In this document: piece by piece, positions 49,651-62,485 of the stretch
Numbering within the stretch: position 1 is the stretch's first letter
How the letters are laid out: each line of letters begins with the position of its first letter
From: Octopus sinensis
Taxonomy: Eukaryota
NCBI RefSeq assembly: GCF_006345805.1
Contig: NC_043011.1
Location: 59,594,464 to 59,658,463 of the forward strand
Reading direction: 5' to 3'
Length of the DNA stretch: 64,000 nt
The notes under the pieces: generated by a model
What the model saw: only the letters and a program-made list of their open reading frames with translations
The model's database searches: none
Told to the model about the DNA's origin: nothing
Position numbers and translations under genes: made by a program

Positions 49651-51092
49651 ATTTAAACAATGCCTGTCGGCATTGCTGATATGGTCAATCCTTTGTGTAT
49701 AGCCAGCAACTTTTCTTCATATAGAAATTACGATTGGAATTGTTATTTTTACCTGACCGAGATTTTGTTCTTTGAAAGCCATATTCTTGGCTATTCTTAA
49801 TGATACAACATCATTGAGATATTCAGTTCTGAGTAAAGTATCCTACCTGTGGGTAAGAACCTCTTGATTGTAATATAGCTGTAAGGATAGGAATCCGCTT
49901 GATGATATCACGTAGGTTCTAGGTTCATTTCCACTATGCGACATATAAGCAATTATCTTCTTCGCTGGCTTCGAGTTTACTAATGCCTTGAGAGCAGAAT
50001 TTAGTGGACAGAAGTCTGTCGAGTGTGTGCATGCGTGTGTCTCTGTGTGTCTGTGTGTGTGTGTGTGTGCGTGCGTGCGCATGCGTGTGAGTGCTTTTTA
50101 GAATGAATGTATTTTCTTGCTTACATCATGTTTATATCGTACTCGTTTCTATACCGTGAATTAGACGTCCATCAAATAGGAACCGACAGAATCAGTACGA
50201 AATTTAAAATAAGTTGGAGTTGAATTGGTTGGATATCGTCGACTAAAGTTCTCGAGGCCAGTGCTCCAGCAAGGCCACAGTTCAATAATTGAAACCCGTA
50301 AACGAATAACAATAATGACGTCTGGCCGACTTCATTTGTTCTCTAACATATTAATGAAGCATACATAAATACGAGCAATGTATGACACTGCACGCGGGTA
50401 CACACACAAACACATGCATGTGTGTGTGTGTATGTGTGCATGTGTGCGCGCGTGCCTGTCTATGTATGCATATGTATATTTTTATTTATGTATATATATA
50501 TAAATATATGTATATTTGTATGCTTGCATACCAACAGACCAGGGATTTGGTTTTTTTTTTTCTCAAATCTAAGACAATGTTTTTTTTTTCAATAATTTAA
50601 GAATTTGTCTTTCGCTGTCTTTTATATACTAATTTTTGTCATTATTGTTTCTCTGACTATTCATAATTATTTCACTTCTTTTTTTTTTTTGCATTATGTA
50701 AATTACTCTATCTCATAAATGTCCCCTATTGTTTGAGTATATGTGGAAGACTTATGACCTGTCACAATCATTCTAGCACAAAGCTGTGCTGATGACATTT
50801 ACTGAGGCAGAAACACATGTGTACAGCAGTTTCCTTGTCACCAGAAAAAAGGAAATCAGACTCTGTTACTTAATGACATATCAATTTATGAAATTTTTTG
50901 GTCCTGAAATTATGTGCTCCTGTCATTCGGAATGGGTCACAATTGTTACAAACCGTTCTTTTCATTTTCTTGGAGCAAAACTTAATTCAATAAAGTAAGA
51001 ATGTTTCTTGTATGGTGTTTGATATACCTTTATTTGTCTTTGTTATCCAAATTCATATTCATATCCCTGGTGCAATGAGTCATTTCACTTAG

Positions 51093-51161
<69 letters not shown>

Positions 51162-51164
<3 letters not shown>

Positions 51165-51491
51165 GGAGGGGAAACATTTTAAGGCAGAATGCTAATTGAC
51201 AGTAAATTTTAATAAAAATGGGTGTATAAAAAATTAAAAAAGAAAAAATGATAAATCAAACTGGTTTTCATTGCAAAGCAAATTTTCAAGATTTGGAAGG
51301 GGAAAATTTTTTCCTTTAATTGAGGAAGGGGAAAAAGGGGAAATTTTTTTCCCTTCCAAATCTTGAAAATTTGCCTTGCAATGAACACCGATTTGATTTA
51401 TTATTTTTTCTATTTTAATTTTTCATACACCCATTTTTATTAAAATTTACTTTCAATTTAGCATTCTGCCTCATAATTTTTCCTCTCCTAT
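51162..51491. mobile_element. Inverted repeat (~150-bp arms) with hammerhead-like motifs; probable Penelope-like remnant
   Basis: Arms are reverse complementary. Minus strand 51253-51294 reads AAATC-TTGAAAA-TTTGC-TTT-GCAAT-GAAAACCAGTTT-GATTT. Embedded in (TA)n. Confidence 0.65.
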
Positions 51492-51536
51492 CATTTCTCC
51501 ACGTGCGGTTAACACAACCCCACTATTTTTCTGATT

Positions 51537-51541
51537 TATAT

Positions 51542-51576
<35 letters not shown>

Positions 51577-51656
51577 CAATATTATATATATATGTATGCT
51601 TGTATATATATGCATATATATATATGCTTATATATGTATGTAAATACATAGATATG

Positions 51657-51723
<67 letters not shown>

Positions 51724-52174
51724 TATATATGTGCATATATATGTGTACAAACGCGCAATGAAGGAAAGAAGAAAAGGAAAACACGCATTCCATGAATTTC
51801 TTCCAGACTAACTACTTTTCAACTACAACAAAATTGTCTCATTTCATGAAATGTTTGAAATATTTACCACAGTTTGCAATGCTGTCGACTTCTAAAGAGA
51901 ATGAAATAGTTATTATACACAAGATTACCATTGACTAGAAATTTTAAGAACTTCATGATAAGTAAGCTTCAAAAATAAATTGATTAATTAATTAATTTTA
52001 AATAAAAACACAGAAATATTGAATATTTGAATTCTACATGTCTTTTTACACGCGATTTTTTAATTTCGAATTTAAATTTCTAATCCTGACGAGTATTATG
52101 AAGAACCTCCCTTGTAATAATTGTCCGCTTGTGTACTTCACGTACTCATATATGTGTGTGGATGTGGATGTACG

Positions 52175-52249
<75 letters not shown>

Positions 52250-52252
52250 CTG

Positions 52253-52301
<49 letters not shown>

Positions 52302-52302
52302 G

Positions 52303-52341
<39 letters not shown>

Positions 52342-52372
52342 GTATGTATATATATATATATATATATATACA
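51537..52372. repeat. (TA)n tracts at 51537-51745 and 52179-52372
   Basis: Directly visible. Confidence 0.95.
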
Positions 52373-52857
52373 AAGATAGAGACAGACAGACAAACTGACA
52401 GAGGCAAGACAAAGAATTATCCTCACCCGTACTTGTCTGATACTTTATTTATCGACCATGTAACCCGTGCAGGTTAGAGCGATTGCTTATTCTTTACTAA
52501 TAACATAATCAATAACAAGAGAGGCTGAAGGTCTACCATTATCATCATCACCATTATCATCACCATCAACCTCCTTGACGCTGCTGTCTCGACTCCAAAG
52601 CCAGTTATAAGTGACGCATAAATGACTGCGACCATAACATTCTTCCTGTTGCACGGGTTGCATATTGACAGGGGATAAGACTGCAGCAACACGAAATGAA
52701 GTGTTTTGCTTAGGATCAGAACGCACCGCCCGGTCGGGGCGAAACCGCGATCTTATGATGGTCAGTGCAACGGCCTAACTACTAAGCCACTCGTCTTCTC
52801 TTGATTTAACGATGCAAGAAAGAAAATTCGAAAAATTACAAAGAAATTGTTATAATA

Positions 52858-53058
52858 GGGCGAAATGCTTTGCGGTATTTCGTCTGCCGTTACGCTCTGA
52901 GTTCAAATTCCGCCGAGGTCGACTTTGCCTTTCATCCTTTCGGGGTTAATAAATTAAGTACCAGTTACGCACTGGGGTCGATGTAATCGACTCAATACCT
53001 ATGTCTGTCCTTGTTTGTCCCCTCTGTGTTTAGCCCCTTGTGGGCAGTAAAGAAAGAG
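52858..53058 (+). mobile_element. SINE family M, 5'-truncated
   Basis: Consensus match. Confidence 0.85.
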
Positions 53059-53529
53059 ATATGACAGATTTGTGATCAAAAGCGTTCTAGTAATTACCCT
53101 CAACATTTTTTTTTGGGGGGGTAAGGCAAAGAATTTGTAAAACATGGAGTCTTGATGGCCTCATAATACAAAGCGTCCTCTCAAATTGTTTCTACTGAGA
53201 CTGTAGCTTTAGTTTGAGGGAAATGTTTTGGTTGTTCCTTTTAGCACGCTCCAGAAACTACAGACCGTGATACCTCTTCCTTGTTCATTATTCGTTACGG
53301 TTATCTACAGGTGAAGGTGATCGTTTCTTTCCCAAATAATGTTGTTGTTCTTCCTGTTATCACTGTTGTTGGTGTTGTTGTTGTTGTTGGCATAGGTGGT
53401 GGTTGTGATTTTTGGGGGGTTTTTTGTCATTGTTGTCATTTAGCCTGGGGTCAACTATGTTAGGTAAAGACTAACCAGCACCAATAATGAAATGCCGTTT
53501 CTGGCATGATTGTGTCGATTTCTTCTTCT

Positions 53530-53569
<40 letters not shown>

Positions 53570-53633
53570 TGATATAATAATAACAATGATAATGATAATA
53601 ACAATGATAATAATAATAATAATAATAACAATG

Positions 53634-53669
<36 letters not shown>

Positions 53670-55555
53670 TACCACGAACAACATTATCTCCTTTGTTGAA
53701 GATGGTATGACGTTGTTTGAGGAATATCTGACTGCCAATTCTAGTAAACCTAGCAAACATGGGGAGACTCTGTTGGTTCCGGCCTGCGAGTTAAAGCGGG
53801 TCACAGACCCACTTTCTCAAAGGACTTTTGTCAGAGTACAGGCAACAACGATGTGATATGTGGCAACATGGCAACATGTGATAACATGTAGCAATAATGT
53901 CCGATAGCCAAACAAAAAAGCTTAAAATATGTTTCACTGCCCAGAGTCGTCATCTTCATGAAAAACAGTCGTTCAGTTTGTGCGAACGGAACAGAGTGAA
54001 CATCCAACTAGCGAACATGTTCTGTAGATGGAACAGAATACAGAGTTTAATGCTTAAATATCTTAGATAAAATTAAATATGTTCTTGCTGGCTATGTCAT
54101 CTAGAACACTTTCCATGATTGTACGAACAAGATGTCCTCCGAGAAGACACTTCAGGTAAGTTACTGGTGCATAAACAAACCGACACCTGTTATCAAATGA
54201 TGATGGGGACCAAACGCTAAGAGGATACACTTTGCAACATCTCCACCTTCCTCAAAACTTATCGTTTTGAAAATCAAATGAAACAGGTTAGGTGTGTTAA
54301 TTCAAGCTTTAGTAAGTTTTCATATATACTCTCAGAGCATTTTCAAGTTCATTTATTACTTATACATACATACAAACATATATATATGCATATATGCACG
54401 CATGCATACATACATACATGTGTGGAGGTGTATAGGACAAATTTCCATCGGTTTCTGTCTATCAAACCCACTATGAGCACTTTGGTCAGCCAGGGGTTAT
54501 GATAGTAGCTAATTGCCCAAATGCGGTGGAACTGAACCCAAGACCATGTGATTAGGAAGCGAGCTTCCTAACCACACATTCATGCCTGTAGCTTTATGTA
54601 TCTACATGTCGTTTCTTCTATGATTTTGACGTAAACGTGTTGTCGTATCTCCTAGCTAGCCCACTCCGTCGAATCTTCGTGAATTTATTTCATCCTTGCA
54701 CTTCCTCCCTTCCGATCAATTCAACATGTGCAACCGTTAATCCAGACATGTTTTTGTCTCTCCATCATTTCCCCCCTTTTTACCATCTGTTATCCTTCCT
54801 TATTCCTTTCTTTAGAAGAGCGTGGGCTCGAAACGTCAAAGCCTCTTACATTTTTCCTGAGCGTCAAACTAATACACCTCCATTGTTGTTCCCTCATCTA
54901 TCTCTGTCATTTTCTTCCATTTTTTGTACAATTTTGAACCATGAATGGGAAGAGTGGTTGACCGGATTTGACTTGGTGTTGCCTCTGATCTCCAGTTGGC
55001 ATAAGCTAAGTTTTTTTAGGGATTAAACATTATTGCAATGAGGGTTAGCGTTAGGGTTAGTAATGCGCAAAGTAATGATGGGGAATAAACCTTGGATCAG
55101 TTCAAATATGTTCGGGGGCGTATTTGAACCAGTAAAAGCTTCGTCAATTCAAAGGATATTCCCTCGATGGCAACTTGCAGTGGAAAGCCTTTGCAGGTTC
55201 TAATAATTTGTTTAAATAAGATAAGGGAAGTCGTAACATAATAGAAATAATGGAAATTGTTTCTGGGATATTTTTGATATATATAGACAAAAATTAACAT
55301 AATTGTAATGTGCCGCACGTTGAGAGGATAATTTTATTTATATTTGAACGCATCTAATGTTTTGTTTTTGTTTTTATTTATATTTTTTTAATTTCAAAAA
55401 TATGGATTGATTTGGGTTCAGTTGCCATTGCTGCTGCTGATGTTGTTGTTGTTTGTTGTTGTTGTTGTTGTTGTGTTGTTGTTGTTGTTGTGGTGGTGGT
55501 GGTGGTGGTGGTGGTGGTGGATCTGATGCTGAGGATATTGGTGATGCTGGTGCTG

Positions 55556-55936
55556 GTTTGTTTGTTTGTTTGTTGAGCGAAGCGGTCTTCGTCCCAGAGC
55601 TCGCAAGATCGCGCCTCTGTATTGGGATAAATGTGATCCTTTGCTATTCGTAAGACACGCAGAAGAGAAAGCAGGTCAACCCCCGACACCGAGAGCATCG
55701 ACGGATGGATGAATGCGCATCCAGGCTCAGCGGTTGCATATGAAGTCGGGGACAAGAAGCAGGAAGAAAGAGTGAGAGAAAGTTGTAGCCAAAGAGCACA
55801 ACAGGGGTTGCCACCACCCTCTGCCGGAGCCTCGTGGAGCTTTAGGTGTTTTCGCTCAATAAACAAACACAACGCCCAGTCTGTGAATCGAAACCGCGAG
55901 TCCACTGCCCTAACTACTGGGCCATTGCGCCTCCAC
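55556..55936 (-). mobile_element. tRNA-derived SINE, OR-like head with tail Y
   Basis: Reverse complement of the 42636 copy; (AAAC)n tail; 11-bp TSD TGCTGGTGCTG. Confidence 0.9.
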
Positions 55937-56741
55937 TGCTGGTGCTGCTTGCGGGTGTTTAGACCCAGTCCCAGCCCTGATTGAACTGATTAGTTTATGA
56001 TCGAAGTGAAAACGGTTCGATACACAACTATGAGCTTTCGGGTTCAATATCATACGAATAAAATTAGTTGATGGAAACTATGTGAATCCCCGTCAAAATA
56101 CCAATCAAATACTAGATCCAATAAAACTGATTTGATTTTTCCTTATCCTGAAATCCCGAAGGCAGAGACACAAAAGCGAACCGGATTACATTCATACGGA
56201 AGTACTTACTTCCGTACACTTTGAGTTCAGATCTTATAGGGATGAGGACTTTAACGTTGGTTCCTTTCGTCGCCATCGTCGTCGTCGTCATCATCATCAT
56301 CATCATTATCAATCCTTGTACATTACTGTTCGAAACCGAGAACTCATAAGACCGGAACCCGGTGTAAGTGAATGAGATCAGAGCATTCCCAACCGGACGG
56401 GACAACTCTCCATCACAGGGTTCTTCGTTTAAACCGGAGTAAGCTGGAGCTTGGTGTAAAACACAACGCACTACCCGATCCGGAAATCGAAACTATAACC
56501 TTGCGCACATTCATTTCTTTCCTTTAGAGACTAGAAAACAACTGACCACCAAAAGTTGACAAAAATATCCAATTTGGAAACTGCTCGATGGAATTAACTG
56601 TAAGTCTTACACTATGTTACAGCATCGCTCTGTGTATGGAAGAAAATCCTTCATAGTATTTTTATAAATTTTAGATAAAAATAATAAAAATATTGAGTTT
56701 AAGGTGAAGGGTGGAACATCTGACTATTCGGGTAACTTGTA

Positions 56742-56906
56742 TTTTTCTCTCTCCCTCCCTCTCTCTCTCTCTCTCTCGCCCTCTCTCTCTCTCTTTCCCT
56801 TGTATCTATCTGTCACTCTTCTGTATCTGCTTATCTTTCTATCTATTTCACTATCTCGCACACGCACACACACACAAACACGCACATATACTCTCTTTCT
56901 CTCTTA

Positions 56907-56940
<34 letters not shown>

Positions 56941-57198
56941 CGCAAACATGCTCACTTTCTCTCGATCCCTCGCTCTCGCTCTCTCTCTCTCTCTTGCTCT
57001 CTTTTTCTCTCACATATACTCACTCTCTCACACTCTCTCTTCCTCTCACTCTCTCTCATTCTCACACTCTCTCACTCTCACACTCATTACCTCTCTCTCA
57101 CTCTCATCCTCTCTCACTCTCATCCTCTCTCACTCTCTGACTCTTTCTCTCTCTCTCGCTTTCTCTCTCTCTCTTTCTCTCTCTCTCTCTTTCCCTCT
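56742..57198. repeat. CT/CA-rich polypyrimidine microsatellite
   Basis: Directly visible. Confidence 0.95.
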
Positions 57199-58124
57199 GA
57201 AAAAGAATATTATTTTACCACCCCTCCATGCAAAGTAATTTCTCTGCTTTATTTCAAGAAAATACGAAATTCTATAAAATACGAAATTTCATTTCTGCTA
57301 ACGCAGATGACCGTCTCCCCGCTTCCAGCTTCCATAATATTGTCAATCACTGGTACTAAGCTAATGCTATTTGGGATAGCATTCAGAGGACCTCTAGATG
57401 GCTACTTGGCTTGCTACGAATAAGAGGCAAATTTTCCTCAAAACATACAGTGTGGTCTTAAAAGCAGAAACATACACTATATAATGTAGTCAGAGAAACC
57501 TGCAAGAAAAAGGATGAGAGGGTCATGGCTCAGCACATGCAACAATACTATTTTACCTCTCCTTTTATTATTCTCTGACGAAGAGCAAAATCCGAAACGT
57601 TACTCTGTAATACGTTTCTACAAACGATCTTTTCAAACAGACTCAGAGCTAAACAACAAATGAAAATAGCTTCTAGGCAATAACACATCAAGTTCAAATT
57701 CGTACCCTAATCCTTATCCAATGATGGGAATACTTCCAGCTATAAATGGCACCAGATCACACCATATCGGAGATTAAAAATTAAGGTTCTAGATTTATAT
57801 TATCTTACAAAAATGCTGGTAATCTTAAACCTAAACCTAATTCCGTTCTTTCCGATTTCACCCAGAATTCAATAATTGTTTTTGCTGGAATGAAATAAAG
57901 CCGCATAAATCGACTGCAGTATCTTCCAAAATCAATAGCTTAAGGCGGTCAAAATGCGGTGAAGTGGAAGAGTTATTAGAGAATGGGATACTATACCAAG
58001 CGTTCTTTGTTATGGTTCCCTGAACTCTAAGTTCAAATCCTGCCGAGTTCAAATTAGCCTTTTATTGTTCGGCTGTCAATAAAAATCTGTTCCGGTCCTG
58101 TACTGACGTCGATTCTTCATTCCC

Positions 58125-58175
<51 letters not shown>

Positions 58176-58431
58176 CACACACACACACTTCGAAAGGGTT
58201 TCTTGCTCCATGAGAAGGACGATGGAGACAATTCACAGAGCCCCTGTTCTGCAAAAGTACCGAAAAGTTGAGCAAAGGGACTGACAAGTTTTTCTCATAG
58301 AAAAACCGATACACTAATGGAACCGTGAAAAGTTGGTCTGATGCGCAGTACAGCGTACAACAGGGAGCATTAATAACAACAACAACAACAACAACAACAA
58401 CAATAACAACAACAACAACAACAACAACAAC

Positions 58432-58463
<32 letters not shown>

Positions 58464-58479
58464 TAATAGTAATGATAGT

Positions 58480-58697
58480 GGTTTCAAGTTTTGACACAAT
58501 GCAAGCAAATTCGGGGAAGGGGGCTAATCGATTACATTGACCCCCAGTAGTCAACTGGTACTTGTTTTAGCGATGCCGAAAGAATGAAATGCAAAGTCAA
58601 CCTCGGCGTCATCCGAACTCAGAATGTAAAGACGGAATAAATGCTGCTAAGCATTTGGTCCGGCGTGACGATAACACTTCCGCCCGCTCGCCGGCTT
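58480..58697 (-). mobile_element. SINE family M, older variant
   Basis: Diverged consensus match between trinucleotide arrays. Confidence 0.7.
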
Positions 58698-58739
58698 CAA
58701 TAACAATAATAATGATAAAAATAATAACAATAATGATGT

Positions 58740-58793
<54 letters not shown>

Positions 58794-59218
58794 CGACGAC
58801 GACGACGACGACGATGATGATGATGATGCTGATGAATGTGGAGCTGAAGGAGAAGGAGAAGGAGGAGGTCGTAAGAGCTGAGCATTTTGTATTTATTTAG
58901 TCCCGTCTCCTCTCTAAATTTGCTTTGCTGTTGGTTCTTCAATGAGAAACCCTTGACCCCAGTGACAGGTTTTTACTTTTGAGGCTGTTGAGTCGCAGGT
59001 TAACTGGACAGGTGCTGGATGGGTGGCCACCAGGTAGGTGCACGGTCACAACTCCAACATATTAGTCGTATATAATTACTGGTACTTATTCTGAGGAGTC
59101 AGATTTCGATATAAGACTGCTGAAAGGGACGGAACTAATCTGTTGGAGTTAATTTAATCCGGCACTTCACCTTACTTATTACCTTAGTTCTTTCCACTGA
59201 AAATGATGTTTGTGAACA

Positions 59219-59495
59219 TGGTGGTAGTGGTGGGGTGGGGTGGCGGTGGTGGTGGTGGTGGTGGTGGTGGTGGAGGGAGGAGGAGGGGAGTCGGCGTATA
59301 CGAGAGGAGGAGGGGTGGGCAGAGAGGGGGACGGGAAGGACGGGGAGGGAAAGGGAAGGAGTATGAAGAGTATGAGGAGGAGGAAGGGAATGGAGGAAGA
59401 TGAAGAGTAGGAGGAGGTGGAAGAAGACGATGAGTAGGAGGAGGAAGGGGACGGAGAGGAGGAAAACGACGACGATACGACGACGATGATGATAA
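59219..59495. repeat. G-rich (GGT)n/(GGA)n purine tract
   Basis: Directly visible. Confidence 0.9.
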
Positions 59496-59792
59496 TAGCC
59501 TTTGACTGGACAAAGTGTCATGCGTATAGCAACTCATTTCTAGCCTGTCTGACTGCCTTCTTGTCTGTACTCTTAAAATCTTGAGTGATCATCAAAACCT
59601 GAACTCCATGCAGACCCCACCCAGGGGTATGTTGCTGTGTGTTCTTTCACGCTATTCACTGGTCTGTAATGCACCACAAGGGTAGTAACAAGCCAACAGC
59701 CAGTGCCTTCATTAAGGTCCCTGATCGTACTTCTTGCTGTTTTCTCTTTTCATTCATTGAAGCAGTAGTCCTGTTCTTCGCTTCACTTCGTC

Positions 59793-59970
59793 GTCCTCGA
59801 TTTTAAAGACCTGATAGACTTCTGTAGACTCTGTTTTTTTTTCCATGGCCTTCACCCTTAATCAGCGATTGTATTTTCAAAAGTCCTCGATTTTAAAGAC
59901 CAGTCAGACTTCTGTACACTCTGCTCTTTTCGATGGCCTTCACTTTTAATCAGCGATTGTATTTTCAAAA
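59793..59970. repeat. Two-copy tandem duplication, ~90-bp unit
   Basis: GTCCTCGATTTTAAAGACC...AATCAGCGATTGTATTTTCAAAA starts at 59793 and again at 59883. Confidence 0.9.
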
Positions 59971-60302
59971 TTTTCCTTGAATACATAACTGTTGCAATGT
60001 TTGGTGCCACTTCACGTTCCTCAATAGGAATCTATATTAAATTACCAGCAAATAATGTTTACAGATATATAAAATATCAAAATATTTCTAAAGACAAACG
60101 TTATTTTTTCACCCCAGGAGAATGGAGTAGACACCCGAAAATTCTGAAGTTTATTGATTGTGAAATGATATTAAAATATTTCCTTTCCACTGAATTAAGC
60201 ATAGAAAATACAATTCTGGCCTGCAGCAGCGTTACACACGTTCGTTCATCGCAATAATAAACATAATATTTCTTTCTAAGATAGTCACAAGGCCGATAAG
60301 TT

Positions 60303-60515
60303 GGCGAGCTGGAAAAATCGTTAACACAGCGGGTAAAATGCTTAGCTGCAGTTTGTCCGTCTTTACGTTCTGAGTTCAAATTCCTCTGAAGTCGACTTTG
60401 CCTTTCATTGTTTCGGGGTCGATAAATTAAGTACCAGTGAAACACTGGGGTCGAGCTAATCGACTAGCCGCCTCATCCAAAATTTCAGGTCTTGTGCCTA
60501 TAGTAGAAATGATTG

Positions 60516-60601
<86 letters not shown>

Positions 60602-61520
60602 GAAAGGTAGCGAGCTGGTAGAAATGTTAGCACGTCGGGCGAAATGCTTTGCGGTATTTCGTCTGTCTTTACGTTTTGAGTCCAAATTCCATCGAGGTCG
60701 ACTTCCCTCTCATCCTTTCGGGGTCGATAAATTAAGTATCAGTTGCGTACTGGGGTCGATCTAATCGACTGATCCCCTCCCCCCAAAACTTCGAGCCTTG
60801 TGCCTAGAGTAGAAAAGAATCGTTAGCACGCCGGGTAAAATGCTTTGTGGTATTTTGTCCGTCTTTACGTTCTGAGTTCACATTCCATCGGAGTCAACTT
60901 TGCATTTCAACCTATCGGAGTGGTAAAATAAGTATCAGTTGAACACTTGGGGGTCGATATAATCGACTTATCCCCACCCGCAATATTACTATCCTTGTAC
61001 CAAAATTCGAAACCAATATAGTCACAAGGTCTGAAAAGTGTAAGGAAGAGATAACTCGATTACATTGACGCCAATTCTTAACTGGAACTCTTTTTATTGG
61101 CTCCAAAATCATAAAAAGTAAATGTGATGTGTGTGTGTTTGGTCTCAGAATGTAAACCGCCATAATAAATAACGCAAACCATTTTTATCGATGCTCTAAC
61201 GATTCTGGCACCCAACCATTCGTAAAACACTTAGCATCAATTCCTTATATTTTGCTATCGGGGTCCATTCATACATACAAATACGTCTGATAAAAGGGGT
61301 TGCAAAAAGCAGGTGTATATAATTATATATATTACATATACATTTAATTTATATATCCTTTCTACAATAAGTACAATGCTTGAAATTTGGGTGGAGGGTG
61401 GCGAAGGTTAAGTCGATTACATCGAGTCCGGTACCCAGCTAGTGCTTAATTTGTCGACCCCGGACTAAATATCACTAAGCAGATTTCCCGGCTCGATAAC
61501 GACTCTGCCAGCTCGGCGCC
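60303..61520. mobile_element. Cluster of family M SINEs (60303-60512 +, 60606-61018 + tandem, 61365-61520 -)
   Basis: Consensus matches; (ATT)n array at 60517-60601. Confidence 0.8.
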
Positions 61521-61566
61521 TTTATATATGTGCATCTATATATCAATATATGTGTGTGTGTGTGTG

Positions 61567-61597
<31 letters not shown>

Positions 61598-61635
61598 GTG
61601 TGTGTATAGTGTGTGTGTGTGTGTGTATATGTATG

Positions 61636-61667
<32 letters not shown>

Positions 61668-61826
61668 ATTAATTAGAGAGACGGAAGACGAAATATTCGA
61701 GAATTTTTATTCAACACTACAATTGTTTCGACCCATCTAGCGTCGATCTCTCACGAGTAGGATACTTAATAACTGGTTTAGGAGCATATATACATATATA
61801 TACATACATACATACATACATATATA

Positions 61827-61883
<57 letters not shown>

Positions 61884-61992
61884 GCTTAGGATTAGTAATT
61901 CTAATAACCTGGTGGTGTTAGAAGTCAACTTGCATATGTTTCAGATTAAAAGTTTAGTCGAGTACAGAGTGTAATTCAAAAATTGAATACAT

Positions 61993-62169
61993 GACAAGGG
62001 AACAAAAGATTATTTCAAAAACTTCATTGTCTTACAGCTGTTTCTGCTATTAAAGGCAACGAATTTACATGTTCGTCAAGTGGTAGAGACACACTCAGCT
62101 ATGAGTTTCTGGCGTTTTCTAGCAGAATAAACTGTAAGGTAATAAAGATCATTAGAGGATTCCTTGTTC
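61993..62169. mobile_element. Degenerate inverted repeat with the 3' half of a hammerhead; probable Penelope-like remnant
   Basis: CTTACAGCTGTTTCTGCTA (62031-62049) mirrors TAGCAGAATAAACTGTAAG (62120-62138); outer match GACAAGGGA/TCCTTGTTC. Lies between (TA)n tracts. Confidence 0.5.
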
Positions 62170-62268
62170 TTTTCTAATTTATTTATTTCATTTCTTCTTA
62201 TATATAAATGTATATAAGCAAATTGTATATACGATACATATAAATATATATATAAATAATATTTATGA

Positions 62269-62304
<36 letters not shown>

Positions 62305-62321
62305 AGTGTATATATATATGT

Positions 62322-62363
<42 letters not shown>

Positions 62364-62441
62364 ATAAAAATGAAGGTGAGGCAAAAATATTAAGAGTATT
62401 ATTTTTCAATAACACAATTAAGAAATTGTTTGTATGTATTG

Positions 62442-62485
<44 letters not shown>

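Noticed and set aside
56704-57423. 239-aa Leu/Ser-rich ORF
   Set aside because: Reads through a CT-rich microsatellite; no domain signal.
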